DNA of 61,391 nucleotides from Bacteroidales bacterium (GCA_017549705.1 JAFYNO010000081.1:1-61391); one strand, 5' to 3'. Positions 8,390 through 19,064 are shown, numbered from the stretch's first letter. Made by a program: numbers and translations. The notes: generated from the sequence alone by a model not told the origin.

Positions 8390-9859
8390 TTATTTCTTGA
8401 TGTTTTTAATAGAAGATAATGCAAGTTCTTTTATCTCATTGTAATTCAATAGCTTGGTGATGAACGCGATAATAACGCAGGCGGCTGTCGCAATTCCGAA
8501 TGATGCCCACCAATTTATTGTCAGTGTTGTTGAGATATAGGCTGTTATGCTTATAAGAACAATAAAAACTACAAGTCGGAGCCAGAAAGCAGTACCCAGT
8601 TTTAGGTTGAAAATGTTTTTCGCAATGAAAAACTGTATCGCGCAAGTGGTAAATTGTACGCAAAGACTTGTAAAGGCGGCTCCAACAGCCTTGAAATGAG
8701 GTATAAACAGGCAATTAAGTGTTATGTTAATAACTACGCCACAGGCGGCGACAATATTTAATTGTTTAAGATTTCCATTGGCAGTTAGTAAGGTTCCAAA
8801 TATATAAGTGACTGATACTGAGACAAAACTGCCCATCAATATCATCAGAATGGTAATTGATTCGTCGTTATTTTGTTCGGGATATAACAAATCAATGAAA
8901 TTTCGGCTATAAAAAATACATAGTACAGCAATTATGCAAGTCATCGAGAGCATTATACTAAATGATTGTTTTACAAGTCCTTGCAAGTCATCTTTTTCTT
9001 TGATGATTGCTGCAAATAAAGGAAGAAGAATAACAGAAAATAGATATGATATGTTGTTGCCTGCATCGAAAAGTCGCCATGCTTTGGCATATACACCGGC
9101 TTGTGAGGCTGCAATGTCTTCAGGTAGCAATCTCTCGATTAATACAGGCTCAAGGCGGTTATAGAAACTCATAAGAAGCACTAAAAGAGCATAAGGAAGG
9201 CTCTTTTTGATTATCATTATTACAAATGGAATGTTGATTCTTATAGTTAGTTTTCCAGTGTGTTTCAATACGATGGCTACTGCTATTACTAGCGTAATCA
9301 CATAAGATATTGTTTGCGAATAAATGTAAGTGTAGACATTAAAATGTTCTTTTGGGAAAAATCCTGACCATAGCAGAAAACTGCAAATCAATATCATTAG
9401 CACTCTGTCTAGCACGGAAAGCATACTATCAGTCTTAAATAGTAGCAAAGCAGATATATTTGATCTTACGTATAAAATAAATGACAGCAAAACCTGGTTA
9501 AGACCAACAATTGCAAGCAGTTTCAGCTGTTCTCCTCGGTAACCTATCAACCATCCTATGATGAATATTATAATGAAATATAGCACCGTGAGAAGTATCT
9601 TAGCTTGTGATATGCCTACAAAATGCTTGGACAACAATTGATTGTTCTGTGCTATATTTCGATTATTAAAATTAGTTAGGCCAAGATCAAGTAATATATA
9701 AAAAAGGTATGAAAACTGTGTGATAGCGAGATAAAGTCCATAGGATTTGTCGCCAACGAGATTTTGTACGGCCACATCAATGCCTAATATCCAGAAAGGC
9801 TTTATCAAAAGATTGATAAAAAGTAAAAAAATAATATTTTTTAAAAACTTTTTATTCAT
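8390..9859 (-). CDS. Wzx-like polysaccharide flippase (MOP superfamily)
   Basis: About 14 TM segments, typical length and hydrophobic pattern. ATG 9859 (MNKKFLKNIIF) lies downstream of the -7 box, whereas the track start 9910 lies upstream of it. Confidence 0.75.
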   Translation of the reverse strand: MNKKFLKNIIFLLFINLLIKPFWILGIDVAVQNLVGDKSYGLYLAITQFSYLFYILLDLGLTNFNNRNIAQNNQLLSKHFVGISQAKILLTVLYFIIIFIIGWLIGYRGEQLKLLAIVGLNQVLLSFILYVRSNISALLLFKTDSMLSVLDRVLMILICSFLLWSGFFPKEHFNVYTYIYSQTISYVITLVIAVAIVLKHTGKLTIRINIPFVIMIIKKSLPYALLVLLMSFYNRLEPVLIERLLPEDIAASQAGVYAKAWRLFDAGNNISYLFSVILLPLFAAIIKEKDDLQGLVKQSFSIMLSMTCIIAVLCIFYSRNFIDLLYPEQNNDESITILMILMGSFVSVSVTYIFGTLLTANGNLKQLNIVAACGVVINITLNCLFIPHFKAVGAAFTSLCVQFTTCAIQFFIAKNIFNLKLGTAFWLRLVVFIVLISITAYISTTLTINWWASFGIATAACVIIAFITKLLNYNEIKELALSSIKNIKK

Positions 9860-9896
9860 CACAGAAACAAGATAATAATCTCTAAAAATTGCGTTA

Positions 9897-9904
9897 CAAA
9901 AATA
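9897..9904 (-). promoter_or_regulatory. -7 box (TAttTTTG) for the flippase gene
   Basis: Plus strand CAAAAATA, 38 nt upstream of ATG 9859. Confidence 0.45.
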
Positions 9905-9925
9905 GTACATTTTGAAATAAAATCG

Positions 9926-9933
9926 TATATTTG
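9926..9933 (+). promoter_or_regulatory. -7 box (TAtaTTTG) for the RSH gene
   Basis: Exact motif 20 nt upstream of TTG 9953. Confidence 0.45.
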
Positions 9934-9952
9934 CACATTAAAAATTTGATAA

Positions 9953-12127
9953 TTGAAAAAATATTCGGAAAAGGAAATATTAGAAATTGAGACATCGTAT
10001 GATGAGCTTATTCAGCTTGTAGGTGAGACTATGACGTTGGAAGAGGTTGGATTTATTGGAAAGGCCTACGATTTATGTTGTTCAAAATATGATGGAATGA
10101 GGATGCGCTCTGGTCGGCCTATGGTACTGCATGTGCTTGAAGTCGCAAAGATATGCTATTCCGAGATGGGAATGCACAGTAAAACTATAGTTTGTGCATT
10201 ACTTCATAATATAACGAAAGTCACGGATGTCAATTTTGATGATATTAAAGAACAGTTCGGTGAAAGAGTAGCATTGATACTCAGAGGTTTGGTAAAGGTG
10301 ATGTCCTTGAATATGTCACAAATTTCAACCCAATCCGATACCTTCAGAAAGCTTTTTCTCTCGATGGTTGACGATATCAGAGTGGTGATGTTAATAATAG
10401 CGCATTGCCTCTCTAATTGCCGTCATCAAGGAGATATTGATGTGTCGGGCGGAGTTGAGAAGTTTTTTGAAATTACGAAATATCTGATAATTCCGATAGT
10501 TCATCGTCTTGGCCTTTACAACATAAAAAAAGACATGGAAGAGGCTTTGATGATTCACGAAAACCCTAATGAATTCGCGGAAATCAAGGAGAAAATCACC
10601 GTGTCTCATGTGGCGCAAGAGGAGAAAATGGCTAATTTTCTTTTGCCGATACGTCAGGAATTGAGTCGAGAAGGTTTTGATTATACTATCAAATGGCGCA
10701 CAAAGTCAATCCCATCGATTTTTGCTAAGATGAAGGCGCAAAATGTGCCATTTGAGCAGGTGTATGACCTTTTTGCTGTCAGAATTATTATAAACAATTC
10801 AAAAATCAAGGAAGAAAAGGCTGATTGTTGGAAGGTGTATTCCATTGTTACAAATCTGTATCAGCCTAATCCTCAACGACTTAGAGATTGGATTACAAAG
10901 CCGAAGGCTTCGGGTTATGAGTCACTGCACACTACTGTTAAGAATGGCGTCGATTGGGTTGAAGTGCAGATTCGCACATCAAGGATGGATGAGATAGCAG
11001 AAAAAGGCAATGCCTCGCATTGGTCGTACAAGAGTCATAACGACAAACATCAGACACCGGATGAGTGGCTTAATCAGATTAGAAGCATTCTTGAGGATAC
11101 AGATCAATTGGATTTCAATCCGTTAGATGACAAAAGAGCTGCTAAGGGTAAGTCTGATAAGATGTATATCATAACACCTCAAGGAGAGGTTAAACAATTG
11201 CCTTTAGGCTCTACAATCCTTGATTTTGCATTTGAGGTACACACTCAAGTGGGTAGTCACTGTATCGGGGCTAGGGTTAATGGCAAAATGCAGCCAATAC
11301 GCTATGTCTTGAATAATGGTGATCGTGTTGAAATTCAAATAAATAAGAAGCAAACTCCGAAAGCTGACTGGCTCAATTATGTCAATACAGAAAAGGCGAA
11401 GTCAAAAATCCGCAGGTTTCTGAAGGATGAGGAAATGAAGGAAGCGGAACTGGGTAGCTCAATTTTTCATAGAAAACTCAAGAACTGGAAAATAGTATTT
11501 AACGATAAGATTTTCACCGAGTTACTAAAAAAATACGATTGTGAGTCGGGCATTGAGTTTTACCACTATATTGCCACAAATCAGATTGATTTAGCAGAGC
11601 TTAAATCGTTTATCCTTTCGCAGACAGAGGAGAAAGAGATTCATAAGGTTGAGGAGCAGCATAGGGATAAACCTGTTGAAAATGAAGCAGATGCAATGAG
11701 TATTGGCGCGAATATCAATGGTTTTGCGTTTAAGATGGCGAAATGTTGTAACCCTATTCCTGGCGATAATGTTTGTGGCTTTGTCAATGTTGGGGGAGGA
11801 ATCACTATACATCGCATCAATTGTAAGAATGCCATTGCAATGAAGAAACGCTATCCTTATCGTCTCGTAGATGTGAAATGGCAGGGTGATATGCCATCAA
11901 GAGCCACTATTAGAGTGGTGGCTAAGGATAGTTTTGGCATCCTTAGTGATATTACTGAAGTGATGAAACAGATGGAAATCAATATTATCGATGCTTCAAT
12001 GGGAACCAGAAATGGTCTCTATGAAGGCCGTTTTGTGGTGAATATGTCGAGTGTTAATTATCTCGAGCAGCTAATACGCCGACTCAAGTCTTTGGCAAAT
12101 GTTACTGAAGTCCAGAGAATAGATTGA
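9953..12127 (+). CDS. relA: RelA/SpoT-homologue (p)ppGpp synthetase, RelA-type with a degenerate hydrolase motif; TGS and ACT domains present
   Basis: Synthetase motifs GYESLHTTV and EVQIRT. TGS (MYIITPQGEVKQLPLGSTILDFAF). The HD position reads LLHNITKVTD. Apparent TTG start. Confidence 0.85.
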   Translation: MKKYSEKEILEIETSYDELIQLVGETMTLEEVGFIGKAYDLCCSKYDGMRMRSGRPMVLHVLEVAKICYSEMGMHSKTIVCALLHNITKVTDVNFDDIKEQFGERVALILRGLVKVMSLNMSQISTQSDTFRKLFLSMVDDIRVVMLIIAHCLSNCRHQGDIDVSGGVEKFFEITKYLIIPIVHRLGLYNIKKDMEEALMIHENPNEFAEIKEKITVSHVAQEEKMANFLLPIRQELSREGFDYTIKWRTKSIPSIFAKMKAQNVPFEQVYDLFAVRIIINNSKIKEEKADCWKVYSIVTNLYQPNPQRLRDWITKPKASGYESLHTTVKNGVDWVEVQIRTSRMDEIAEKGNASHWSYKSHNDKHQTPDEWLNQIRSILEDTDQLDFNPLDDKRAAKGKSDKMYIITPQGEVKQLPLGSTILDFAFEVHTQVGSHCIGARVNGKMQPIRYVLNNGDRVEIQINKKQTPKADWLNYVNTEKAKSKIRRFLKDEEMKEAELGSSIFHRKLKNWKIVFNDKIFTELLKKYDCESGIEFYHYIATNQIDLAELKSFILSQTEEKEIHKVEEQHRDKPVENEADAMSIGANINGFAFKMAKCCNPIPGDNVCGFVNVGGGITIHRINCKNAIAMKKRYPYRLVDVKWQGDMPSRATIRVVAKDSFGILSDITEVMKQMEINIIDASMGTRNGLYEGRFVVNMSSVNYLEQLIRRLKSLANVTEVQRID

Positions 12128-12134
12128 TAATCAA

Positions 12135-13409
12135 TTATTTAGTCATAATATCAATAATCTCAGTATCGGTTTCTTTCATGCCGACGCTTCCTACTAATCC
12201 AACGTTATTAATAGTATCCTCAATATTGCATCCTACGATTCCGTCTCCGGCTTCGAATTGTTGTCCGTTTTTATACATATAATAACCGAGAATGCCAGAA
12301 TCCACTGATGCTGCGATCTTTGCGGCACATGATGCTTTTGCGCCGTCACAGATTATGCCTGAAACGGTGACGACTGCATTTGTTAGTGTATGCTCAATCA
12401 CATCGAGACTTTCGCCGAGGAGGTAGGCTATGCCGCAGGCTGCTGCGCAGCCTGCGCTGACTGCTCCACAATAGGCCGAGAGACGTCCGATACGCGTCTT
12501 TTGGTGTATTGCAGTGAGGTTGGAAACGACTAATGCACGGTAAAGTCTGTCGTCGTCAATATTGTATTCTTCTGCGTATGCTATGACTGGCATTGACACA
12601 GTAAGTCCTTGATTGCCACTGCCAGAATTTATGATTACAGGTAGCTCACAACCATTCATACGGGCATCTGATCCGGCTGCAGCGCGGGCTTTTGCTTTCA
12701 CTTTGATGTCGTTGCCGTAATATTTTAATAATGTACTGCCAATGTTAGCTCCCCAATTGTTCTTCAAACCTTCATCAGAAATGGCTTTGTTATATTTTAT
12801 TTGTCGTCCGATTATATCTTTAATGTCTTGTATATCAACACTATCTGCAAAATCAACAATGCCGGAGATGCTCAAACAACTACGGTCAGTGAGCTCGTTT
12901 GTCGGCTGTGCTATTGTTTCGCTATGAAAGAGAATGATGTTATCTTTTTGTATATGGACAATATTAGTATGGAAGCCACAGATTCTTACATCTGCATGGT
13001 GCTCGCCATTGTAAGCAATCACTGTTACATCCAACTGGTCGCGACATGTTATGTGTTTCACGACGATAGGAGTGGAGGCGAGATAATCTTCGGTTTTTTT
13101 CTTCTGTTCCGGTGTAACGTTGGCGATGACTTCTAAAGCTTTGTCCGGGTTGCCGGCTATAATTCCGACGGCTACAGCTGCTTTAATGCCTTTCATTCCA
13201 TTTGTATTAGGAACGATTACACTCTTGACATTTTTAATAATATTGCCACTAGCAAGCACTTCGACTCTATCTGGTGTAGTTCCTAAAACCTGATGGGCTT
13301 TAGCTGCTGCGTATGCCAAACAGATAGGTTCGGTACAACCCATTGCTGGGACTAACTCTTCTTTTAAGATATTGATATACAATTGGTAACGTGAATCGGA
13401 CTTATTCAT
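12135..13409 (-). CDS. UPF0597 / L-cysteine desulfidase (CyuA/YhaM-like) family protein
   Basis: N-terminal LVPAMGCTEPICLAYAAAKA and serine-dehydratase-alpha-like GSGNQGLT are typical of this family. Confidence 0.7.
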   Translation of the reverse strand: MNKSDSRYQLYINILKEELVPAMGCTEPICLAYAAAKAHQVLGTTPDRVEVLASGNIIKNVKSVIVPNTNGMKGIKAAVAVGIIAGNPDKALEVIANVTPEQKKKTEDYLASTPIVVKHITCRDQLDVTVIAYNGEHHADVRICGFHTNIVHIQKDNIILFHSETIAQPTNELTDRSCLSISGIVDFADSVDIQDIKDIIGRQIKYNKAISDEGLKNNWGANIGSTLLKYYGNDIKVKAKARAAAGSDARMNGCELPVIINSGSGNQGLTVSMPVIAYAEEYNIDDDRLYRALVVSNLTAIHQKTRIGRLSAYCGAVSAGCAAACGIAYLLGESLDVIEHTLTNAVVTVSGIICDGAKASCAAKIAASVDSGILGYYMYKNGQQFEAGDGIVGCNIEDTINNVGLVGSVGMKETDTEIIDIMTK

Positions 13410-13419
13410 AACGTTGTTT

Positions 13420-15288
13420 TTAATTGTCTTTTGTAATTTCCATTGATGTAATTTCTATATTGCCGTTCTCTGGATATATTTCAATCCAGTTGTTGTCTTC
13501 GCTAAACCACTTATATTGTGATCCAATACGTACAATGATGTCGTTTTCAGATTTTACTGGCACTCTCACGGTGAAACTTCCGTTTTCCCTAGTATTGTTA
13601 CCGTATGTGATATACATTACAACCGGTTTCTCGCTCAAACTTTTTGCTTTGATTGCGATATAATTACTGCGTCGTACTGTTATATCAATTGGCTGAAAAT
13701 CAATGCGTTTTGATTCGTTTGCATTGATTGTTATGGCGGAAGAAACCAAATCGACGAGTTTGTTGGCTTCCAACATTTCCGTGATTTGCTTTATTTTGTT
13801 GGCAGGGTATGGGTTTCCTGTATTTACATTAACCGCCTTTGTATAAAATTCGATAGCTTTGTCGTAATTTTTGGATGTATATTGAGCATCGGCTTGAGTG
13901 ATATAATTATTGTATTCATCCTCAAGTGCTTTGACTCGTGTTTCTTCGTTTTGTCTTGCTAGTGCTAGCTTTTGCGTGGCTTCGGCATCGCCTGTCTTAT
14001 AAGTCAATGCAATGTTATATTGCTTTACTGCTTCGGCAAAATTGTTTTTGTCCATGGCAAGGTCGCCGGCAAACATTGCGTTGTTGTAATTAGCCATCTT
14101 CTGACGTTGAATTTCTTCATAAAAACCAGCGATAATCTCAAGTTTTGCTATAGCTACGGCATTGTTTGGGTCAAGGGCGAGTACTTGATTAAAGGAATTC
14201 TCTGCTTCGGCGTATTTTTTATCTGTAAGTTGCTGATTACCAGCATTAATGAGATTTTGAACCTGAGCTTTTCGCTGCTTTTCGGCTTCTGCGGCTGCCA
14301 AACGTTCCTCCTCTTGACGCTGCTTTTCAAGTTTAGCCTTAGCTATGTCGTTTTGAATCTTCTTGTAATCAGGGCTGTTAACTATTTCGGTAATTCTGTC
14401 AATCATACCTAAAGCGTATGAATCATCTGGAATTACTAATAAAGCCGATTGATAGGCCTCTTTTGCTTGAGAGTAAGAACCATCTTCATACAAAGCATCT
14501 GCCTCATTAATTTTCTCATTGTAGTTATCCGAAATATTTTTCAGAGTCTGTAGTTGGTTAATTTTCCCTGGGATCTCTTTGTCTTTAGGGAAAAGTTGCA
14601 GAGCTTGTTCGTACGCAGATATTGCTTCGGCATATTTTTTTCTTAAAGTAAATTCTTGACCTTGAGTGTTAAGTCTATCAAACTCAGTGATTTTTGTATC
14701 GTATGCCTCTTTTTTATTTTTAGCATCTAGATACTTGGATTTTGCTGCTGAATTATTTGGATATACTTCCAAAGCGGATTCATATTGTAATACAGCCTCT
14801 GCGTATTTTTCTGATTGCATCAGCCTATCTCCCAAAGAAATCTTTTCGTTGAATGAATCTAATCTATCCTTTTCGTCTTTAAGAATTGTACTGATCTCAA
14901 GTTTTTTACCGAGTGCATATTCGTCTTTAGGGAATATTTTCAACGCCTTATTATATTCTTCTAAAGCTTGATTTAAATCATTGTTAGAATAAAAATTGTC
15001 TCCCTTATCGATATGCTCAAAGAATAGCTCTTCTTTTTTTGTTTCTTCACGAATCTTCTGCAAAGTGTTGTTTAATTTATTCTTTGCGGATGTGTCGTTA
15101 GGTTTTAACCGAAGTGCTTCCTGATAATACGTCTTTGCTTTTATATATTCTTTATTTGAAAACTCCTTATCGCCTTTTGACATTAATGTTTGAAAAGAAG
15201 GTGTGTTTTCTTGTGCATGAACAAAAGTTGTTGATAAACAAAGACAACCGAACGTTAATATGAATATATATTTGATTAAGTTTTTCAT
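13420..15288 (-). CDS. secreted multi-TPR repeat protein with a C-terminal beta-rich domain
   Basis: Signal peptide, then more than 10 repeats of the Y..A...Y..AL...P.. TPR pattern. Confidence 0.8.
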   Translation of the reverse strand: MKNLIKYIFILTFGCLCLSTTFVHAQENTPSFQTLMSKGDKEFSNKEYIKAKTYYQEALRLKPNDTSAKNKLNNTLQKIREETKKEELFFEHIDKGDNFYSNNDLNQALEEYNKALKIFPKDEYALGKKLEISTILKDEKDRLDSFNEKISLGDRLMQSEKYAEAVLQYESALEVYPNNSAAKSKYLDAKNKKEAYDTKITEFDRLNTQGQEFTLRKKYAEAISAYEQALQLFPKDKEIPGKINQLQTLKNISDNYNEKINEADALYEDGSYSQAKEAYQSALLVIPDDSYALGMIDRITEIVNSPDYKKIQNDIAKAKLEKQRQEEERLAAAEAEKQRKAQVQNLINAGNQQLTDKKYAEAENSFNQVLALDPNNAVAIAKLEIIAGFYEEIQRQKMANYNNAMFAGDLAMDKNNFAEAVKQYNIALTYKTGDAEATQKLALARQNEETRVKALEDEYNNYITQADAQYTSKNYDKAIEFYTKAVNVNTGNPYPANKIKQITEMLEANKLVDLVSSAITINANESKRIDFQPIDITVRRSNYIAIKAKSLSEKPVVMYITYGNNTRENGSFTVRVPVKSENDIIVRIGSQYKWFSEDNNWIEIYPENGNIEITSMEITKDN

Positions 15289-15289
15289 T

Positions 15290-15943
15290 TTAATAGATTC
15301 TTCCGTCTTTTATTGTTAAAGTTCTATCTGCCATAGCCGCCAATTCGGGATTATGTGTCACTATAGCGAATGTCTGACCTGTTTGTTCTCTAAGTCTGAA
15401 AAATAACTCATGGAGTTCTTTTGCATTCTGCGAATCAAGATTGCCTGATGGCTCATCGGCAAGGATTATGGCTGGATCATTTATTAGTGCTCTTGCCACA
15501 GCTACGCGTTGTTGTTCACCACCAGATAGCATGGATGGTTTATGATTAGCTCTATCTTTAATATTAAGATATTCAAGAAGATGCATTGCTTTATTTAAAG
15601 TAATACTTTTAGATATTCCGGCGATATATGCAGGAATACAAATATTTTCTAAAGCTGTAAATTCTGGCAAAAGATGATGAAATTGGAACACAAAACCGAT
15701 GTTTTTATTGCGGAATGCTGCTAAAGTTTTTGGGTTCATCTTATTAACGTTTTGCCAATTGATAATCACTTCACCTTTATCAGCTTTTTCTAGTGTTCCA
15801 ATGATTTGAAGCAAAGTGGTTTTGCCGGCGCCTGATGCGCCTACGATGGTGACAATTTCGCCTTTATCTATTTGAATGTCAATGCCTTTAATAACATCGA
15901 CATTGCCAAAAGACTTGTATATGTTATGAGCTTCAATCATCAT
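15290..15943 (-). CDS. ABC transporter ATP-binding protein, LolD-like
   Basis: Walker [10 protein letters not shown], signature [10 protein letters not shown], Walker B ILADEP. 4-nt ATGA overlap with the upstream gene. Confidence 0.85.
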   Translation of the reverse strand: MMIEAHNIYKSFGNVDVIKGIDIQIDKGEIVTIVGASGAGKTTLLQIIGTLEKADKGEVIINWQNVNKMNPKTLAAFRNKNIGFVFQFHHLLPEFTALENICIPAYIAGISKSITLNKAMHLLEYLNIKDRANHKPSMLSGGEQQRVAVARALINDPAIILADEPSGNLDSQNAKELHELFFRLREQTGQTFAIVTHNPELAAMADRTLTIKDGRIY

Positions 15944-17151
15944 TCCTCTTTTTTACCATTTGTTTGCAGTTTCGCCCTTGTAAATGGTTTGTTTCTGTCA
16001 AATAGATACCTGAAAGTGATATGTGTCTTATAATGCGTACATCCGGCTCTTTCGGCGATTTTTAGCATTGGAGGGTTGAAATCTCCTATCCAGTTGAGCT
16101 GTAGCTCTTTATATTTAAATTTTTTCTTAATTGCTTGAGCTTCAAGTGAACAAACAAGTCCAGACTCAAGACCTTTTTTGCGATGTTCAGGAACGATCCC
16201 AAAAACTAATGATATGGCTCTGTCGCAAATTCTTGAGATTTTTACTCTCCAGAATATACGTAACTTATTGAATCCCTTATCGCTGCCATTTAATCCTTTA
16301 TATATCTGATTCAAATCTATCATCATTAGGAAGAAACCAACGGGTTCCCCTTTATAGTAAGCGAAATGCATCAAACGAGGGTCAATTATTGGTTTCATAC
16401 TGTTAAGCAAGGCAATTGCATGTTGTCTTGTCAATTTTGCGGCTCCTGGTATGATTCCCCAAGATTTATTGTAAATAGTAAGGAAATCATCGGCATATCG
16501 ATCAATTTTATGTTTGTCAAGGATTTCGAATGAATAATCCGGGTTTTCGTATATGCGGGCAGCTTTTTCATGAAGAATTGGGTCAAAGCCACCAGGGGTA
16601 AGATTGCGACGGAAGGTAAACTGTTTAAAATAATCCTTAAAGCCGTAATTTTCAAAGAGTTGTTGGTAATAAGGATAGTTGTATGGCATGTTGTAGATCG
16701 GGTCGGTGAAGCCTTCTACGAGACATCCCCAAAAATAATCGCGATCGCCAAAGTTAATTGGGCCATCCATGGCTTCATATCCTCTTTCTTCTAGCCATTT
16801 CTTTGCAGCATCGAATAGGATGTTTGCTGCTTTTTGGTCGTTGATGCAGTCAAAAAAACCACAACCACCAGTCTTTTGGCCGTTTTCTTCGTTTTCATAT
16901 ACTTTAGAAGTCTTTTCATCATAAAAAACAGCTATTCGACCGATGATTTCATTGTTATTATTAGTTAGATAATATCTTGTTGCGTCACCGTGACGGAAAA
17001 GCTTGTTTTGCTCGCGATCGAAGACTTTTTCAACTTCATGGTCAAGTGGCCTTACATAATGTTCGTCGTGTTTATATAATAATGATGGAAAAGCAAGCCA
17101 TTGCTTGACTTCCCGATTGGTTATAACTTCGTGCAGTGTATATTCAGACAT
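15940..17151 (-). CDS. conserved ~400-aa GNAT-like (double acyltransferase fold) protein
   Basis: Length, and a C-terminal [15 protein letters not shown] segment resembling the GNAT acetyl-CoA loop. Function not inferable. Confidence 0.5.
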   Translation of the reverse strand: MSEYTLHEVITNREVKQWLAFPSLLYKHDEHYVRPLDHEVEKVFDREQNKLFRHGDATRYYLTNNNNEIIGRIAVFYDEKTSKVYENEENGQKTGGCGFFDCINDQKAANILFDAAKKWLEERGYEAMDGPINFGDRDYFWGCLVEGFTDPIYNMPYNYPYYQQLFENYGFKDYFKQFTFRRNLTPGGFDPILHEKAARIYENPDYSFEILDKHKIDRYADDFLTIYNKSWGIIPGAAKLTRQHAIALLNSMKPIIDPRLMHFAYYKGEPVGFFLMMIDLNQIYKGLNGSDKGFNKLRIFWRVKISRICDRAISLVFGIVPEHRKKGLESGLVCSLEAQAIKKKFKYKELQLNWIGDFNPPMLKIAERAGCTHYKTHITFRYLFDRNKPFTRAKLQTNGKKEE

Positions 17152-17178
17152 TCAATTCAAATTTCCATAAATATTTTG

Positions 17179-17186
17179 CAAAAATA
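17179..17186 (-). promoter_or_regulatory. -7 box (TAttTTTG) for the GNAT-ABC-TPR-desulfidase gene string
   Basis: Plus strand CAAAAATA, 28 nt upstream of ATG 17151. Confidence 0.45.
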
Positions 17187-17198
17187 ACAAAAAATATG

Positions 17199-17206
17199 TA
17201 ATTTTG
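17199..17206 (+). promoter_or_regulatory. -7 box (TAatTTTG) for nth
   Basis: Exact motif 19 nt upstream of ATG 17225. Confidence 0.45.
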
Positions 17207-17224
17207 TTGTGAAAAATTAAAAAA

Positions 17225-17884
17225 ATGCAAAAGATTGATATTCATACCAGATACACGAAATTTATAGATTATTTCGCTGAAACTATGCCTATTGCGGAGT
17301 CAGAATTGAGGTTTATGAATCCGTATCAACTTGTTGTGGCTGTGATACTATCAGCTCAATGCACAGATAAGCGTGTTAATATGACTACACCGGCATTTTT
17401 TGAACGTTTTCCTGATGCTAAAATGCTGGCCAAAGCTACTCAAGATGAAGTATATCAATTGATTAAGTCGATATCATATCCAAATAACAAAGCTAAGAAT
17501 TTGATAGGTATGGCAAAGGCATTGGTGGATGATTTTGATGGAGTGGTGCCTGATAATCTTGATGATTTGCAAAAATTGCCGGGTGTGGGGCGAAAAACAG
17601 CAAATGTGGTGATGGCTGTGGCTTTCAATAAACCTGCTATGCCTGTAGATACTCATGTTTTCAGGGTTTCAGCAAGGATAGGACTGACAAATAACGCAAA
17701 AACTCCCCTTGAAACAGAGAAGCAACTTGTTGCGAATATTCCGCAGAATCTGCTGTCTAAAGCGCATCATTGGCTTATTTTACATGGTAGATATGTGTGT
17801 GTGGCAAGAAAACCAAAATGTGAGGAGTGTGGAATCAAAAATATTTGTGATTTTTATCAAAAAAATAGCAAAAAAGTTTGCTAA
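17225..17884 (+). CDS. nth: endonuclease III
   Basis: HhH-GPD LPGVGRKTANVV, catalytic DTHV, and a C-terminal 4-Cys cluster CVARKPKCEECGIKNIC. Confidence 0.95.
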   Translation: MQKIDIHTRYTKFIDYFAETMPIAESELRFMNPYQLVVAVILSAQCTDKRVNMTTPAFFERFPDAKMLAKATQDEVYQLIKSISYPNNKAKNLIGMAKALVDDFDGVVPDNLDDLQKLPGVGRKTANVVMAVAFNKPAMPVDTHVFRVSARIGLTNNAKTPLETEKQLVANIPQNLLSKAHHWLILHGRYVCVARKPKCEECGIKNICDFYQKNSKKVC

Positions 17885-17899
17885 TTAAAAAAAAGTGTT

Positions 17900-17907
17900 T
17901 ATATTTG
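17900..17907 (+). promoter_or_regulatory. -7 box (TAtaTTTG) for recA
   Basis: Exact motif about 100 nt upstream of ATG 18009. Confidence 0.45.
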
Positions 17908-17911
17908 TAGC

Positions 17912-17952
17912 GTTACAGTTTGATTAAAAACTCGTCAAAATCAGATTGTAAC
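17912..17952 (+). promoter_or_regulatory. 5'-proximal stem-loop in the recA leader
   Basis: GTTACAGTTTGATT (17912-17925) pairs with AATCAGATTGTAAC (17939-17952). This gives 14 bp including two G-U pairs that work only on the sense strand, with a 13-nt loop. Confidence 0.5.
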
Positions 17953-18008
17953 ATTTTAATATGGTGTAAATTTATTAGTTAACTTATTGATTTAAAATTA
18001 TTTAGAAA

Positions 18009-19043
18009 ATGGCAAAGAATATTGAGGAAGATGTCGAGAAAGTGAGACAGGAAAAACTGAAGGCTTTAGAAGCTACATTGGGAAACATTGAAAAATCATT
18101 TGGAAAAGGCAGCATAATGCGTCTTGGTGATAATCATCAGGAGAAAATTGATTCAATATCAACAGGTTCAATTGGTTTGGACTATGCATTGGGTATAGGT
18201 GGAATGCCACGTGGAAGAATCATAGAGGTATATGGACCTGAAAGTTCGGGTAAGACAACGTTAGCGTTGCATGTCATCGCAGAGGCTCAAAAAATGGGCG
18301 GAATCGGTGCTTTTATTGATGCGGAACATGCATTTGATCGGTTCTATGCTAAAAAACTTGGTGTAGACATTGAGAATTTGTTGGTGTCTCAGCCTGACAA
18401 TGGTGAACAAGCACTTGAAATCGCTGAGAACTTAATCCGTTCGGGCGCCATCGATGTTATAGTTATTGACTCCGTAGCCGCTCTGACCCCAAAAAGCGAA
18501 ATTGAAGGTGAGATGGGCGATAGCAAAATGGGTCTGCAGGCTCGTTTGATGTCACAAGCAATGCGTAAACTGACTGCAACAATCAGCAAAACATCGACAG
18601 TGTGCATCTTTATTAATCAGCTGCGTGAAAAAATTGGCGTGATGTTTGGCAATCCTGAGACAACAACGGGAGGAAATGCCTTAAAATTCTATAGCTCAGT
18701 GCGTCTTGATATTCGTAAAGTGAGTCAGATTAAGGATGGGGAGAATATCATGGGTAACCGTGTGAAAGTCAAAGTTGTTAAAAACAAAGTGGCACCTCCA
18801 TTCAAAAAAGCAGAATTCGATATCCTTTATGGTGAAGGAATATCACGTATTGGAGAAATAATTGATATTGGTGTAGAACTCAATATTATAAAGAAAAGCG
18901 GTTCCTGGTTTAGCTATAATGAGACAAAACTCGGACAAGGTAGAGATGCTCTTAAAAAATTGCTTGAAGAGAATCCAGAGTTGTGCGATGAGTTGACTCA
19001 AAAGATAAACGAAGCTCTGAAGGAGACAGATCAAGACCTTTAA
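18009..19043 (+). CDS. recA: recombinase RecA
   Basis: [12 protein letters not shown] Walker A and full-length RecA similarity. Confidence 0.98.
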   Translation: MAKNIEEDVEKVRQEKLKALEATLGNIEKSFGKGSIMRLGDNHQEKIDSISTGSIGLDYALGIGGMPRGRIIEVYGPESSGKTTLALHVIAEAQKMGGIGAFIDAEHAFDRFYAKKLGVDIENLLVSQPDNGEQALEIAENLIRSGAIDVIVIDSVAALTPKSEIEGEMGDSKMGLQARLMSQAMRKLTATISKTSTVCIFINQLREKIGVMFGNPETTTGGNALKFYSSVRLDIRKVSQIKDGENIMGNRVKVKVVKNKVAPPFKKAEFDILYGEGISRIGEIIDIGVELNIIKKSGSWFSYNETKLGQGRDALKKLLEENPELCDELTQKINEALKETDQDL

Positions 19044-19064
19044 TATATTGAATATCAGAATCTA

